Origin: Octopus bimaculoides
Taxonomy: Eukaryota
Assembly: GCF_001194135.2 (NCBI RefSeq)
Contig: NC_068982.1
Location: 14,419,216 to 14,470,775 of the forward strand
Length of the DNA: 51,560 nt
Direction: 5' to 3'
The notes below the pieces were generated by a model. That model was not told the DNA's origin and ran no database searches. It saw only the letters and a program-made list of their open reading frames with translations. Of the stretch, positions 33,834-46,573 are shown piece after piece. The position numbers were made by a program, and so were the translations under genes. Position 1 is the stretch's first letter. The number at the start of each line of letters is the position of its first letter.

Positions 33834-34160
33834 TATGAGGTGGTATCAAAAGGTTCCCGGACTAGTTATGTTTAATAAAAAAAATGACTCATTTATATAA
33901 GTTTTATCGTCATCTCCTTTGAAATAGTCACCTTGCACAGCAATACGCCGGTCCCAGCGTTCCTGCCACTTCTGGTATCCAGTCTGGAAGTGATTTTCCG
34001 TAAGCAAGTTGAGGACGCTCTGTGATTTGCTCTTGATCTCGACAACGGCATTAAAATGGCAACCTTTGAGCTGCATTTTCATCTTGGGGAAGAGATGGAG
34101 GTCTGCAGGTGCTACATCTGGTGAATAGGGTAGGTGCAAAAGTAATATCATGTTGTTTTT
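33834..34160 (-). mobile_element. mariner transposon 3' fragment (C-terminal transposase remnant + TIR)
   Basis: ORF 33846-34151 has HLPYSPDVAPADLHLFPKMK...WQERWDRRIAVQGDYF, the mariner YSPDLAP.D motif; TIR TATGAGGTGGTATCAAAAGGTTCCCGGACT. Confidence 0.92.
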
Positions 34161-34378
34161 CCCACCAAAAACAGCTGGATGCCCTTCCTGTCACCAACAC
34201 ATGCCTGTTTCCAATTAAGTTTTCACAGAATATTGGAAAAGAATGACACCACTTGTATGACAGTGGCATTCATTTACAACTATCATGCAACTATCAAGAC
34301 AAAGAGATACAAGCATAGATACATTCAAACACACACATACATGCACACGCGTACACACACACACACACAACCATAATG

Positions 34379-34429
<51 letters not shown>

Positions 34430-34432
<3 letters not shown>

Positions 34433-34582
34433 CACAACAAGATGCTTTCAGTTTTTGTTTATCAACTCAACTCACAAGGCTTTGATCAGCTGGCTCTTTA
34501 GAAGGTACTTATCCAATATGCCACATCATGGGACAGAGCCTCAACCATGCGCTTGAGAAGCAAACTTCTTACCACACAGCCA
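34430..34582 (-). mobile_element. Family B SINE 5' half, degenerate
   Basis: CTTTCAGTTT...CTCACAAGGCTTTG...CAAACTTCTTACCACACAGCCAC. Confidence 0.75.
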
Positions 34583-35989
34583 CACCAGAAACTATCCACA
34601 CCTGCATATATTATCATTATTTTATTTCATGTAGAAAATTAACTGAAGAAAAAAAATTATCAAATCATTAAAGTAGTAATATACATCAATCTGAAAGAAA
34701 ATTAACGAACTGCTTGGAGTATTTTAATTTCATAAGAATGAACTCAGAGTCAATAACTTTATCGATTCAATAATTATACCACTGTTTCTCACTTATATTT
34801 TTTTTTCCGCTTCTTTTAGTCAAAGTCATTAAGGTGTTTAATGATTATGCTGTGTTTTTCCTTCAGGTGTTCAACATTGGAAAAATATTATTTCATATTA
34901 TTTCGTTTACTATATTAAATGTAATTTAAATATGGCCTAAGCCTTGAGCAGGCTTGTTAGAATGGCTAATGCTTTTTTTTTTTTTCATAACTCAGAAGAG
35001 ACAGGCCTATGACCCTTTTCAGAGAATTGTGGGAGTGAAGAAACAAGATATCCTCAAGTAGAAGATCTGACTTGAATGACTACAACAAAGTGAAATCCTG
35101 CTAAATGTGCCCAAAGGCTAAAAGTTTGTGTTAAACCAGTCAATAGATTAAGTCCAACATAGGAATAAAAATAGACCATTTGATAGACATCCACATGGAT
35201 TGTTCAACCAAGCTATAGTAGAAGACGCTTACCCAAAGTACCACTCACAGGGATCAAACTTGAAGATCTGTAGTTAAAGAGCAATCTACTATAGAACACA
35301 GTCAGGTTTCTGCCTGTATAACCACTGATATCTTGATCTTAAACAAATGACAAATCTCTCCAGGATAAGATACCAGTTTACCCCAGTAACATTTCCTGAT
35401 GTTATGGTATCTATTCCTGATACCCAAAGTCTATAGAATGAAGCGTACCTATTCCCCTAATGCACAGCAAAGCAACTACTGTGGAATTAAAACCTTGACT
35501 TTATTAGCTGGTAGACCAGTACCATATCTACAGTTCACAAGAGTATGAGAGAATCGCTCAACAGATTAGAAAATAAACAGTCATTATATAGCAATATAGT
35601 AACCACACTGTTTGTTTCTTCTGGTTGTAGACCAATATCATAATGATTTCCCCAGGTATGACTCTCTTAAATACCTAACCTAGAATAAATGACACCATTG
35701 GTATTGAGACACAGATAATTGCAATAACCTTAGCTTCCAACCCTTTCCCTCTCTCAAGCTTTCTCTCTCTCTCATTCCAATCCAATTACTAACCAGCAAG
35801 AAGATGTATGGCTTTTTCAGATGTAGCTAAGATGACACATCTAGGAAGTTGTGCACTCTGAAAGATATCCTTCAATATAAAAGTAGTTTTTGCTGATGCA
35901 AAGGAAAGATATGGGTTTCTTTTTCCCATGATAAAGGAAACCAGTCCAGGAACTTTGTGCAAGTGACTTATTTGCACCATAAATCTCAG

Positions 35990-36480
35990 AAAGCTAAACA
36001 AGGTACATGTCTCTTGCTTGAGGTGACAAACGGATATCAGAACACCTTGCTGGCTGTATACTCAAAAAAGAGACAGACAGATGGTTGTTATACCGAAGCA
36101 ATCCCTAGTGAGACATGTATACCTCAACACAAATGTAGATAGCAACTTTAGTTTGAGGGTTAAAAAGACTTGGGAACAAAAGACCAGCAGGGATAAGAAA
36201 GTATGGAAGTTAAAAATAACTGTCTGCAAGCTGAAGCTTCTAAACATCATCAGGTTGATATTAATTACAATAAGGAAGAAATACAAATTGACAACACAGA
36301 GGCTAGTTGGATGTTCTGAAAGGACAGCATCCAGGAAGTCACAGCTAAGATTTATAGATGGAGAAGAGCATCAGGGAATAGTATAGCAGATAGTGCTATA
36401 ATTAAATAACAACCCTGGAATGAGTGGAAGAAATAGACTAGCCAAGAGAATTATCTAGAAGCTAAGACAGGGAGTAATTG
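35990..36480 (+). mobile_element. Degenerate LINE (RTE-like) ORF2 endonuclease-distal remnant
   Basis: Broken frames recall PQH(R)LVV.DF...KVWKLK and W.EW...Y.EAK motifs typical of RTE ORF2. Confidence 0.45.
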
Positions 36481-36557
36481 GTTCCAGTTTCAAGTTTCTC
36501 GTGGGGACTTTCCTTCTCCCTTGATCTTGCTGGCCTTGAGCCAAAATTTGAAATTAA

Positions 36558-36776
36558 CACATTAGCACCCATAGCCCTTTTTTTAGGACCAGAAGGATAA
36601 TCCATCATATTTCTGCAACACCTGTCTTTTTCTGAGATATCTTTAGTTTGTCATCAAGTCTGGAATGTCTTTCAAATATTGTAAAAGAATTTTTTTATAT
36701 ATTTAGTATCAGATAAAGTTGAATAAAAATAGATTTTTGGTAATAAATTAAAGAAAAAAATTTGGGCACTAATGGG
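36558..36776. mobile_element. piggyBac-type MITE (third family, 219 bp)
   Basis: TTAA 36554-57 and 36777-80; ends CACATTAGCACCCA / TGGGCACTAATGGG. Confidence 0.8.
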
Positions 36777-36784
36777 TTAATATA

Positions 36785-37192
36785 TTCTTTTCTGCTCTAG
36801 GCACATGGCCCAAAATTTTGTGGGGAGGGAACCAATCAATTATGTATGCAACTGGTACTTAATTTATTGACTCTGAAAGGATGAAAGACAACGTCAACTT
36901 TGGTGGAATTTGAACATAGAACGTAAAGACAGACAAAATACCGCTAAGCATTTCGTCTGGCGTGCTAACGTTTCTTATTTCTTTATTGCCCACATAGAGG
37001 GGACAAACAAGGACAGACAGAAATTAAGTCGATTACATCGACCCCAGTGCATAACTGGTACTTAATTTATCGACCTCAAAAGGATGAAAGGCAAAGTCAA
37101 CCTCATCAGAATTTGAACTCAGAATGTAACAGCAGACGAAATACCGTTAAGCATTTCACCCAGCTTGCTAACGTTTCTGCCAGCTCGCTGCC
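36785..37192 (-). mobile_element. Nested family C SINEs (long-tail variant inside a family C head, 13-bp duplication)
   Basis: TGCTAACGTTTCT at 36963-36975 and 37166-37178 brackets a second C body with its tail. Confidence 0.88.
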
Positions 37193-37304
37193 TTTAATGG
37201 TTTAATATATTGTCTACATGACTGGGTTGTTTTTTTTTTATATTGAAAGTCTTTATTTCATTAATTCAAAATGTGTGCAATGAAGGATCATATTTTATAA
37301 GGTG

Positions 37305-37485
37305 CAAGAGCAATGACTGTGATGGCATGGACATGTGATGCACAAAAGATTGGTAGTTGAGGGGGGAAAGGATCAAATTGTACAAGGAGAAACATCCTGT
37401 GGAAGACGAGACCCAACAGAGAAATGAGTAGAAGTTGTGAAGACTGGTTTCAAGATGCTGAGCCTTACAAAGAAGATGCAATAAT
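37305..37485 (+). mobile_element. Degenerate RTE LINE ORF2 3' remnant
   Basis: Reads QEQ*L*WHGHVMH (RLRW.GHV.R motif with CGA-to-TGA decay) followed by a G..GRP-like segment. Confidence 0.65.
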
Positions 37486-37593
37486 TAAAAAAAATTCTGT
37501 TTTGAAACAGACCCTCCATATTCATACGAGCATGGAAAAAAAAAAATTTTAATAGTGTTTTTGATGATGATGATGATGATGATGTTATGGTTG

Positions 37594-37625
<32 letters not shown>

Positions 37626-37644
37626 GGTGAAGAGGATGACAGTA

Positions 37645-37765
37645 AGAAGTTTGCTTCTCAACTACAGGGGGTTCCAGGTTCAGTCCCACTGTGTGGCATT
37701 TTAGGCAAGTGTCTTCTATTATAATTTTGAACCAACCAAAGTTTGGTAGACAGAAACTGAAAGAA
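37645..37765 (+). mobile_element. Family B SINE 5' half
   Basis: GGTTCCAGGTTCAGTCCCACTGTGTGGCA...GGCAAGTGTCTTCTA...GAAACTGAAAGAAGCCC. Confidence 0.82.
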
Positions 37766-37777
37766 GCCCATCAAATA

Positions 37778-37826
<49 letters not shown>

Positions 37827-38759
37827 CTTTCTGTCTGCATTAAGATAAAAGATAAAAAGATCCCCATATAACTTGTAATAAATTTTCCAAAATGATTATT
37901 ATCTTAACCAATATAGTTATAATAATTTTTTAAAATGGGAAAAAGCAGATTTAGGTTTTGTGGACAAATAGGAAGACAGCATTCTGAAAATGCTGTATGT
38001 AGCACCATTTGTATGACAAATATTGTACTCCTTCTTTAGAGTAGTTGAAATAAGCAATAAATCAAAACAACAACAACAACACGACAATAAAATGCACCAA
38101 TCTCAGTCTTGGAAAAAAATCATTTTTGCAAGCACTTTGTATTTAAATGAATTTAAACTTTAAATTTAAAACAGAAAATGATTAAAAGAGTAAAATTTTC
38201 TGATATGATGTGACTGCATTTGTGAATGTGAAAAATGGTATGAAATTTGTTTTTCGAAAGGAAAAAAAAAAAAAGAAAGAAACTGCTGCTTTTACCAACT
38301 TCTATTTGATTTTCTCATTTATCATAGCAGAAAATCATCCCTTCTAATTTGGAACAGCAAATAAAACTGCTTCATCCTATGAATACTGCAAATAAAAATA
38401 AAATTAAAAATGGCTAGTTGACAGTTCTAATAGGCAGAAATAATGGAGCCATAAAAGAATTCTTTATGAATAAAGAGAAAAGTTTTTTTTTTAAAAATAA
38501 AAGGAAAAATTCTATGAGTTAATGGCAATAATCTCCGGTGAATATTTAATTCTTATTCCCACTTTATGAAATATGTAATCATATAAGTCTATTGAAAATA
38601 TGATATTCAAAAGGAATCTCTTAACAAGTAAATTAAGTGTGCACACATTAAAAATATAGATGATTTGTGTATCTTTATAAATGTATGTATGAGTTTGTTC
38701 TTAAATGTTAGTTACATTTTAAAAAGGATGATAAAAGGCTGAAGATATACTGGATGATT

Positions 38760-38816
38760 GTGTGTGTGTGAGTGCGTCTCTGTGTGTGTGTGCGTGTGTG
38801 TGTGCGTTTGTGTGTG

Positions 38817-38851
<35 letters not shown>

Positions 38852-39035
38852 GTGTTTGTGCGTGTGTGTGTGAGATGAAAATGTGCACTAATATGCAAAG
38901 TTGATTTCATCACATTTAAACATATTTGAATATGCATTAAAGGTGCATGCAAACGTATAGCTGTGAATGTGTGTAATGTGTGTGCGTGCGTGTGTGCGTC
39001 TGTGTGTGCGTGTGTGTGTGTGTGTGTGTGTACAT
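38760..39035. repeat. (TG)n microsatellite cluster
   Basis: Direct reading; source of the HT/CV ORFs. Confidence 0.9.
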
Positions 39036-40494
39036 GACGAAGGGATCTATGCAGAAGAAAGTCTGTGGAAATAAATGTATTTCTGTTACAATGTAACTCT
39101 GTGGAGAAAACTAAAACAGCAACAAAAAGCAGATAAAAGCAAAACAAAAGCAAGTTGTAATGGCCTCAGATATCAATATCAGGATATGTGAGAATGTACA
39201 AGAAGAGAATAATGCATTTAAATATGCTTCCATTGTTGCTGCCTTCAAACTTTGCTTCAGTTACCATCTTAATGTAAGAGAATAACAAAATTTCTCATTA
39301 TGCATTTATTGCATAATTTGTTCCATACATATTCATAGGGACGAGAAAAAGAAAAGAAAAACAAAAACAAAAGAAAAAGAAGAAAGGAAAGAAAAAAGTA
39401 AAATTACATTAGATGTTATACATTGTTTCATTGAAAACCATTTGAATTTATTTTAACTCATTGAATAAAATTTACAATAAATCTAAATAAATTTTCTTCA
39501 GAAAATATCCAAAACAGTCTGCATAAATCGCATGCAATTTGGTATAACCTTCAATTGCTCAAAACTAGAAACCAACAGAACGGTAGTTTTGGTTTGTTTG
39601 TTTGTTTTTTTATATCGTTTTCTTATGGAATGGAATAGGAAAGTTACAAGAATTGAGGCAAGTGATCTAATGAAATGACAGTGGCTAGGTGGGGGAAGAA
39701 GAGCAATGAAAAAATATTTGAAAGAATAAAAGTATTTATTATAAGGCAAAGTTAATTAAAGAAACTTCAAAAAAGTTTAATGACTGCTTCGTTATTATTC
39801 AAGTGTCTCAAGAGAAAATTTCACAATTTCATATTGCTAAACTCTACAACTATTAACTCCCACCTCTACCATTCTCCTTTGTTCTCACATTTCCTCTTAA
39901 TATGCAATTTATCTCCTCGTTTCCTCTTGCTCATTTTTCATTTGTTTTATCTATGTGGCAGACATCTACGTGTATAATAAATGCAAAAAGGCACCAATGA
40001 ATAACTAAACTTTGATCCTTTAAATAGAATTAGCTTCATATTAATTTTCCAGCTGAATCAATTTTGTACTTGATTTCTACATTGCTTCACTAAATGTAAA
40101 GCTTTTTTTGGAACGGTACAACATTAGTCAATATAGTTCAATGTTAATCTTTAAAATTTTTACGTCAAGTCATTCTAAATGAGAGAAGGATGTAAAGCAG
40201 CTGTTCTAGAAATTAGTTTTTCTAGATAATCATCGGGAAAACTTCAATAGCTGCATTAAACCATAAAAGGTTTGAAAACAACATTAAATACTGGATGTAA
40301 TATGTATTTCTGAAGTTGTACATGTTTTACAAGTGACTTCATCTAAGATCATGTAAGGGAAACTAAAGCAATAACATTTTGATAATCATCAAAACACGCA
40401 TATTCTGTAATATCCACATTTGTATTATAGTCTGATATGGAACAGCCTTCTTGTGCAATTAACAAACAAGTGGCTGAGTACTCCACAGACATAG

Positions 40495-40732
40495 TCTTTT
40501 ACTCTTTTACTTGTTTCGGTCGTTTGACTGTGGCCATGCTGGAGCACCGCCTTCAGTCGAGCAAATCGACCCCAGGACTTATTCTTTGTGAGCCTAGTAC
40601 TTATTCTATTGGTCTCTTATGCCGAACTGCTAAGTTACGGGGATGTAAACACACCAGCATCGGTTGTCACACGATGTGGGGGGACAAACACAGACACACA
40701 AACACACACACACACACACAATACACACACAC

Positions 40733-40763
<31 letters not shown>

Positions 40764-40908
40764 CGACGGGCTTCTTTCAGTTTCCGTCTACCAAATCCAC
40801 TCACAAGACTTTGGTCAGCCCGAGGATATAGTAGAAGATGCAGTGGGACTGAACCCGGAACCATGTGGTTGGTAAGCAAGCTACTTACCACACAGCCACT
40901 CCTGCGCC
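40495..40908 (-). mobile_element. Family B SINE, full length (small deletion)
   Basis: Tail TTTTACTCTTTTACTTG through head CCACACAGCCACTCCTGCGCC. Confidence 0.95.
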
Positions 40909-40919
40909 TTGTATATACT

Positions 40920-41245
40920 TAATGTAATTCTCAGGGAGATTTAGCAGGACACAGAATCAGACTGGAGCCTGGTGTTGCCATCCGGTTTCACCAGTCCTCA
41001 GTCAAATCGTCCAACCCATGCTAGCATGGAAAGCGGACGTTAAACGATGATGATGATGATGATGATGACAGAATGTGAAAAGGCTGGCCCTTTGAAATAT
41101 AGGTACTTGTCATTTTTGCCAACTCAGTGGACTGGAGCAACGGGAAATAAAGTGTCTTGCTCAAGGACACAACGTGCCACCAGGAATTGAACCCATGACT
41201 TTACTGTCGTAAGCCTATTACCCTAACCATTAAGCCATGACACTC
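40920..41245 (-). mobile_element. tRNA-CORE SINE (D-type head, E-type 3' module) interrupted by a plus-strand family A copy (40958-41067)
   Basis: Host has AAAGTGTCTTGCTCAAGGACACAAC (CORE antisense) and AAGGCTGGCCCTTTGAAAT; insert flanked by ACAGAAT at 40951-57 and 41068-74. Confidence 0.85.
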
Positions 41246-43736
41246 TATTCCAGTGCATCTCAGTGATAATTTATACTACATGCAGTTCTCAGTTTTACAG
41301 GTTAATTTATTCCTAAGTATTGCTCATTGATTGAGAACTCATGAAGCAGGAGCTATTTTCTTATGATGAAGGGAGGTCATTAAAGATGCCTAATTAATGT
41401 TCACTTAATTGATAATAGAATGACACACTGAACTAAAACTAGTACAACTGTCCAGAGCAAAAGAGGTTGGAGATTGCTAGTGTTGCCAAACTTTGGCTTA
41501 GCTGACAAGTGTATTCATCACTTCAAACACTGATTTTGAACAGCTTCTATTGAATAACATGCAAATGTTTTTTTAAGAATTATTAAAAAATAGTTTGCTT
41601 TTTACTTTTATTTCTGTCGCAGAAAATTCTCTTTTAAGTCTTTTAAGTCATAAACTCATTAATCAGAGACATGGAAAGCAAGAACTACCTGTTTACAATA
41701 TCACAGAATACAACAAAAGTGATTACAACAGTATATGTATGTTTTAAATGGCTATTATAACTGTTCCATCAGATAATATATTCTGATAAGCAAAATCTTT
41801 AGAGTTAAGAGAAACTATCTGAAGAATATGGTTGTAACAATGAAGCTTCAACAGTTTTGCAACAGCATAAGATCAGGTTGGAAAGAAGATGCTATTTCTA
41901 TGAATGGAAATAGCGGTTCTCCATAAATAAATATAATACCTTCTTTCTTTTGATCCTAAATTTATGAAATACTTTTGTTGTTAAACATAAGTAGTTTCTG
42001 TTGCTTGCCATATGTTTTTATCAAAAGAACTTGAATGAATTAAAATGTCTTCTGTAAAATAAAACCATGTTTGTCTTCGGAGAATCAATTCACTTTCTAT
42101 GAAGGGAAGCTGAATGCATCTTCACAAATTTAGATGTTTTGCAAAGAAATCCTTTCAAAATAGTGAAAGTTTAAGGATGTGTTTAACCTATAACTTGAAA
42201 TAAGCTTAGTGTCTTACCTTACACAGTGGAAAATGATATTTTAAAATCATTCTCCATAGAATTTTAAATAGATTTAAATAATTTCTTCCTGCATATATAA
42301 TTTATTTCATGTGAACAGATTTGACATAAATTAAATTTATAAAATATTCTCAAAAATATTTTTTTTTAAATGTATAAAGAAACAAAGAGAAAGGTTGGAT
42401 ATTAATGAAATACTTATATTTTTCCAAGACATTAATAATGTACTGATAAAAACATAATTGATTCAATTGTTTTCATACATTTTTTTTCCAATCAAAAATG
42501 AAAAGATTACTTCTAATTTATGTTGATAATAAAGGAAATTATTATTTTTTTTTTCTCTAGAAAATAATTACATTTCTGCATGCTTTCATGATATGAATTA
42601 ACTTAATTTGTCTTTGCATCTTTCAGTTACTTATATCATATTCAGAATTTATATTCAATATTTTTACTTATTGGTGCATTAAATGAAGGAAGCTTCTTTG
42701 AAAAGCAACAATAGTAGACATTTCATGGTAATCAAATACTTTAATGCTTCTTTTGTGTTATATCATGTAATTTTATTCATCTTTATCAAAACTGTACTCG
42801 ATGTGCTTTGATATTTTATACTAAAACCTAGCTAATCTAGTTGTTATATTTTTATTTGTTTAGTTTTAGATGCCTTGACAGATAGAAAAATATATTTAAC
42901 TAAATCTCTTCATAGGAATTATATTCTTGATGATCTAAGTATTGATTTTGTTTTTCTTTCAATTTATTTGTTTTATTTCTATATTTATTTTTTGGCGCTG
43001 AACCAATGTTGCTTGTCAGAAGCAATTAAATCCTCCATTATGTACGTATTTCCTCAGAGGTTTCATTTTGAATCGAAGTGTTTTATGATTAATAATAACC
43101 TTTCTCCTATATATCTCATTGATGATTAATAATCATTAATAATGACCTTTCTCCTATACAACTCATTGAAACTGTATGCTTTTATTTCTGGTAGAAATCC
43201 TACCAAGTATTTTACTGATTATCACTTATTCTAACATTGTACAAAAGCTGTAAGCCAACAAGGGAGCCTCAGCCAGCTAGAAATAAAATACATTATGTAT
43301 ACAAGAAGAGATTTTTATTTCTGTATAAAATTCTATGAAAAATGGTTGTAAAATATTATTTTCCACAGCTGAATAGATAAAGAGCTAAGTTTATCATTTT
43401 AGGTTAGAGGTTAAATAAATTCTTAAACTTACATATATTCGAAGGTTGGCTTTGCAGATATCCAAACTTGTAAAGATACATTGACCAGCTCTTCATAGAG
43501 AGTTTATTCTTTCTCCAATGATAAACACAATTTTATTTTACAAAAGACATTTTAATTCATCAAAGTTATAAGAAAAATATACCAAATGTGACAGACACTA
43601 CTTATGTCATACAATAAAAGTATTTTGTAAATCTAGGACCAAAAGGCAGAATTCTTTTTAAAGAGAAGCACTCTGTCTATTCATAGAAATAGCATCTTCT
43701 TTCCAGCTTGATGTTACTCTGTTACTAAATTATAGA

Positions 43737-44121
43737 GTGGAGGCGCAATGGCCCAGTGGTTAGGGCAGCGGACTCACGGTCATAGGATCGCGGTTTCGAT
43801 TCCCAGACCGAGCGTTGTGAGTGTTTATTGAGCGGAAACACCTAAAGCTCCATGCGGATCCGACAGGGGTTAGTGGCGAACCCTGCTGTACTCTTCCACC
43901 ACAACTTTCTCTCACTCTTTCTTCCTGTTTCTGTTGTGCCTGTAATTCAAAGGGTCAGCCTTGTCACACTGTGTCACGCTGAATATCCCCGAGAACTACG
44001 TTAAGGGTACACGTGTCTGTGGAGTGCTCAGCCACTTGCATGTTAATTTCACGAGCAGGCTGTTCCATTGATCAGATCAACTGGAACCCTTGACATCGTA
44101 AGCGACGGAGTGCCAACAATA
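43737..44121 (+). mobile_element. Family E tRNA-derived SINE, full length, 13-bp TSD
   Basis: A-box TGGCCCAGTGG, B-box GGTTTCGATTCC, tail CGTAAGCGACGGAGTGCCAACAA; TSD ACTAAATTATAGA at 43724-36 and 44122-34. Confidence 0.92.
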
Positions 44122-44362
44122 ACTAAATTATAGAAGTCTCATCATTAAAACTGCATTGCCCTAATATTTTCCCTTACATTTATTCTCAAACATTTGAGAC
44201 AAGTAAAATGATACAGGATTGTCATTGCTGGATTGGGTTCAATCCTAGTTTGCTTAATCAGAGCCAGCCTAGGGCTAAACAATAACTAATTGATTCAATA
44301 GACTACATCCTTACTTCACATAAATGTGTAGCATGCATAGAAAGTTTTTTTTTAAATTTACA

Positions 44363-44513
44363 TAGGCGCAGTAGTGGCTGTGTAGTAAGTAGCTTGCTTA
44401 CCAGCCACATGGTTCTGGTTTCAGTCCCACTTCACGGCACCTTGGGCAAGTGTTTTCTACTATAGCCTCGGGCCGACCAAAGCCTTGTGAGTGGATTTGG
44501 TAGACGGAAACTG
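44363..44513 (+). mobile_element. Family B SINE 5' half
   Basis: AGGCGCAGTAGTGGCTGTGTAG...CCTTGGGCAAGTG...GACGGAAACTGA. Confidence 0.9.
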
Positions 44514-44524
44514 ACAAGTAATCA

Positions 44525-44962
44525 AGACCTTTTGTTCTTGAAAAACTCATCAAACCAAATGAAATTGTAGTCGTGGCTGGTGCTAGTGACATGTAAAAAG
44601 CATCATTTGAGTGGGATCGTTACCAGCATCGCCTTACTGGCACTTGTGCCGGTGGCACATGAAAAAACATTCGAGCGAGGTCATTGCCAGTGCCGCTGGA
44701 CTGGCTCCTGTGCAGGTGGCACGTAAAAAACACCATTTTGAGCATGGCCGTTGCCAGTACCGCCTGACTGGCCTTCGTGCCGGTGGCACGTAAAAGCACC
44801 CACTACACTCTTGGAGTGGTTAGCGTTAGGAAGGGCATCCAGCTGTAGAAACTCTGCCTGATCAGACTGGTGCCTGTTGCAGCCTTCTGGTTCGCCAGTC
44901 CTCAGTCAAATCGTCCAACCCATGCTAGCATGGAAAGCGGACATTAAACAATGATGATGATA
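44525..44962 (+). mobile_element. Family A retroposon with ~65-bp internal tandem units
   Basis: Repeated GCCAGT..CTGGC..GTGC.GGTGGCAC.T.AAAA units, then the standard 3' end and AATGATGATG. Confidence 0.92.
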
Positions 44963-46324
44963 AGCCATATTCTTGGGATTAAACAGCCTACTGTATAATA
45001 ATATATGCAAGCACTAATGGTTTGGGACATTTATAAAGATATTGAATTCTTGTAGAAAGAAATAGGAATATTTTCATTGAACTACTATTATTTGCATTGA
45101 AAGAGGTAAACAGGGCTTTCATGCTTATGAGAATCCATTTATTACAATATGCTATTCTAATATTAATACACCTCATTAATCATAATGCATCCATTAATTA
45201 TTATACTTTATTAATTATGATATCCTGGTATATCATAGAAAATCATTATCTCATTCACTGTAAATGCATAATTACCCCTTCATTGTAAATGCATAATTAC
45301 CCCTTCATTGTCAACTAAGATGTCACTGGGGAATTCTACCGTAATTCCTGTTAGACAATTCCCTTAAATGATAACAATAAGTGTTTTAATTAAAATGTTT
45401 TGTAAGCTATTAATGGTTTTCACTTTGTACTGAAAAGGCAAAAATTAAAAAGAATTACATCAATAGAAAATATTGCACAAGCATTGTGGATATATATTCA
45501 CTTGTGAATATATATGCATAGTACTTACTTGGCATCTGTGTCAATTTAATAACTAGCAAGATGTATTTTAAGCTATGGTTTCATAAAAAGATGAAAGGAA
45601 CTCTGATGCAATTCCTTAAACATTCAATACACTCCAATTCACAAGATTTAAATAAAATACATGAATAGATTATTTTCTAAATAGATAAGCATGGGCTTTA
45701 GATGTCAAATTTTTGTATTGATCTTTTTTTTTCTTCTTTGAGATAGAAATTATTATTAATAGGTTCACTTACCTAAGTACACAATATTTCAACCTTAGAT
45801 TAAAAGTTAGAGAAATTCAAACAAGACACTCTCAAACAGCTAATATTCCATGCTTTATAAATGAAGTTGCAGTCGATGTACATGAAAATGAAGTCTTTAG
45901 TGGTGGACTCAACAACCCATTAAGAATTATAGGATGAAAGAATGAAAGGCAAAGTTGAGGGGAAAAAACGGATAGTCAGAGAAAAATCCATTAGACAATA
46001 GCACAACTAAATCAGACTACAATGGATATTTCATTGCATTTATCTGTTTCTTTTTAATAAATCAAATACATACAACTTAAAGTAGCAACATCTACAGTTT
46101 CTTTAGCAATGGAAATTAGTTTGTAACCTAAAATCCACAAATACTCATTTAATCAATAATGAAATTTATTCATTCTGGAATGAAAAAAAATTATTCATGT
46201 CACCAACTGTGGTGAAACATCCCTGCTTTCTTAGCTTCAAAAACCAACACTTCTGTTGCTATTGTCATTATTTGCATTCTAAAATTATCATTACTGAGAA
46301 TCAAACTATTACCAAACTATGGAC

Positions 46325-46545
46325 CAACAAGAGACCCTCTGCATGGTCACTCAACCCGCTAGAAATAGGAACTAAATTTCCCTCAAATCACACTTTGGTG
46401 TCTTAAAGAAAGGACAATATCTAAGATTTCAGTGGATAATGTGCTAAACAGGTATATGTTTGCAGAAAAGAAAACTGATGAGATGGTCATGGTTGAATTG
46501 CTTTAGTTATAGGGTTACATAATCAGGGATAAACTGAGACTATCA
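46325..46545 (+). mobile_element. Family F interspersed repeat, degenerate
   Basis: TGGTCACTCAACCCGCTAGAAATAG...CCCTCAAATCACAC...GATGGTCATGG. Confidence 0.55.
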
Positions 46546-46573
46546 AACCATTTTCTTCATCTTCATTTTTAAG

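Noticed and set aside
33846-34151. 101-aa ORF as a functional transposase gene
   Set aside because: It is only the C-terminal third of a mariner transposase; the upstream part is missing and replaced by a retroposon fragment
45260-45309. Perfect 25-bp tandem duplication (GTAAATGCATAATTACCCCTTCATT x2)
   Set aside because: Only two units with no spacer; ordinary slippage duplication, not an array
46475-46550. CTGATGA followed by pairable GATGGTC/GACTATC as a hammerhead
   Set aside because: G12 is missing (AAAC rather than GAAAC), there is no stem III or UH, and the segment lies in a decayed family F repeat whose other copies lack the motif
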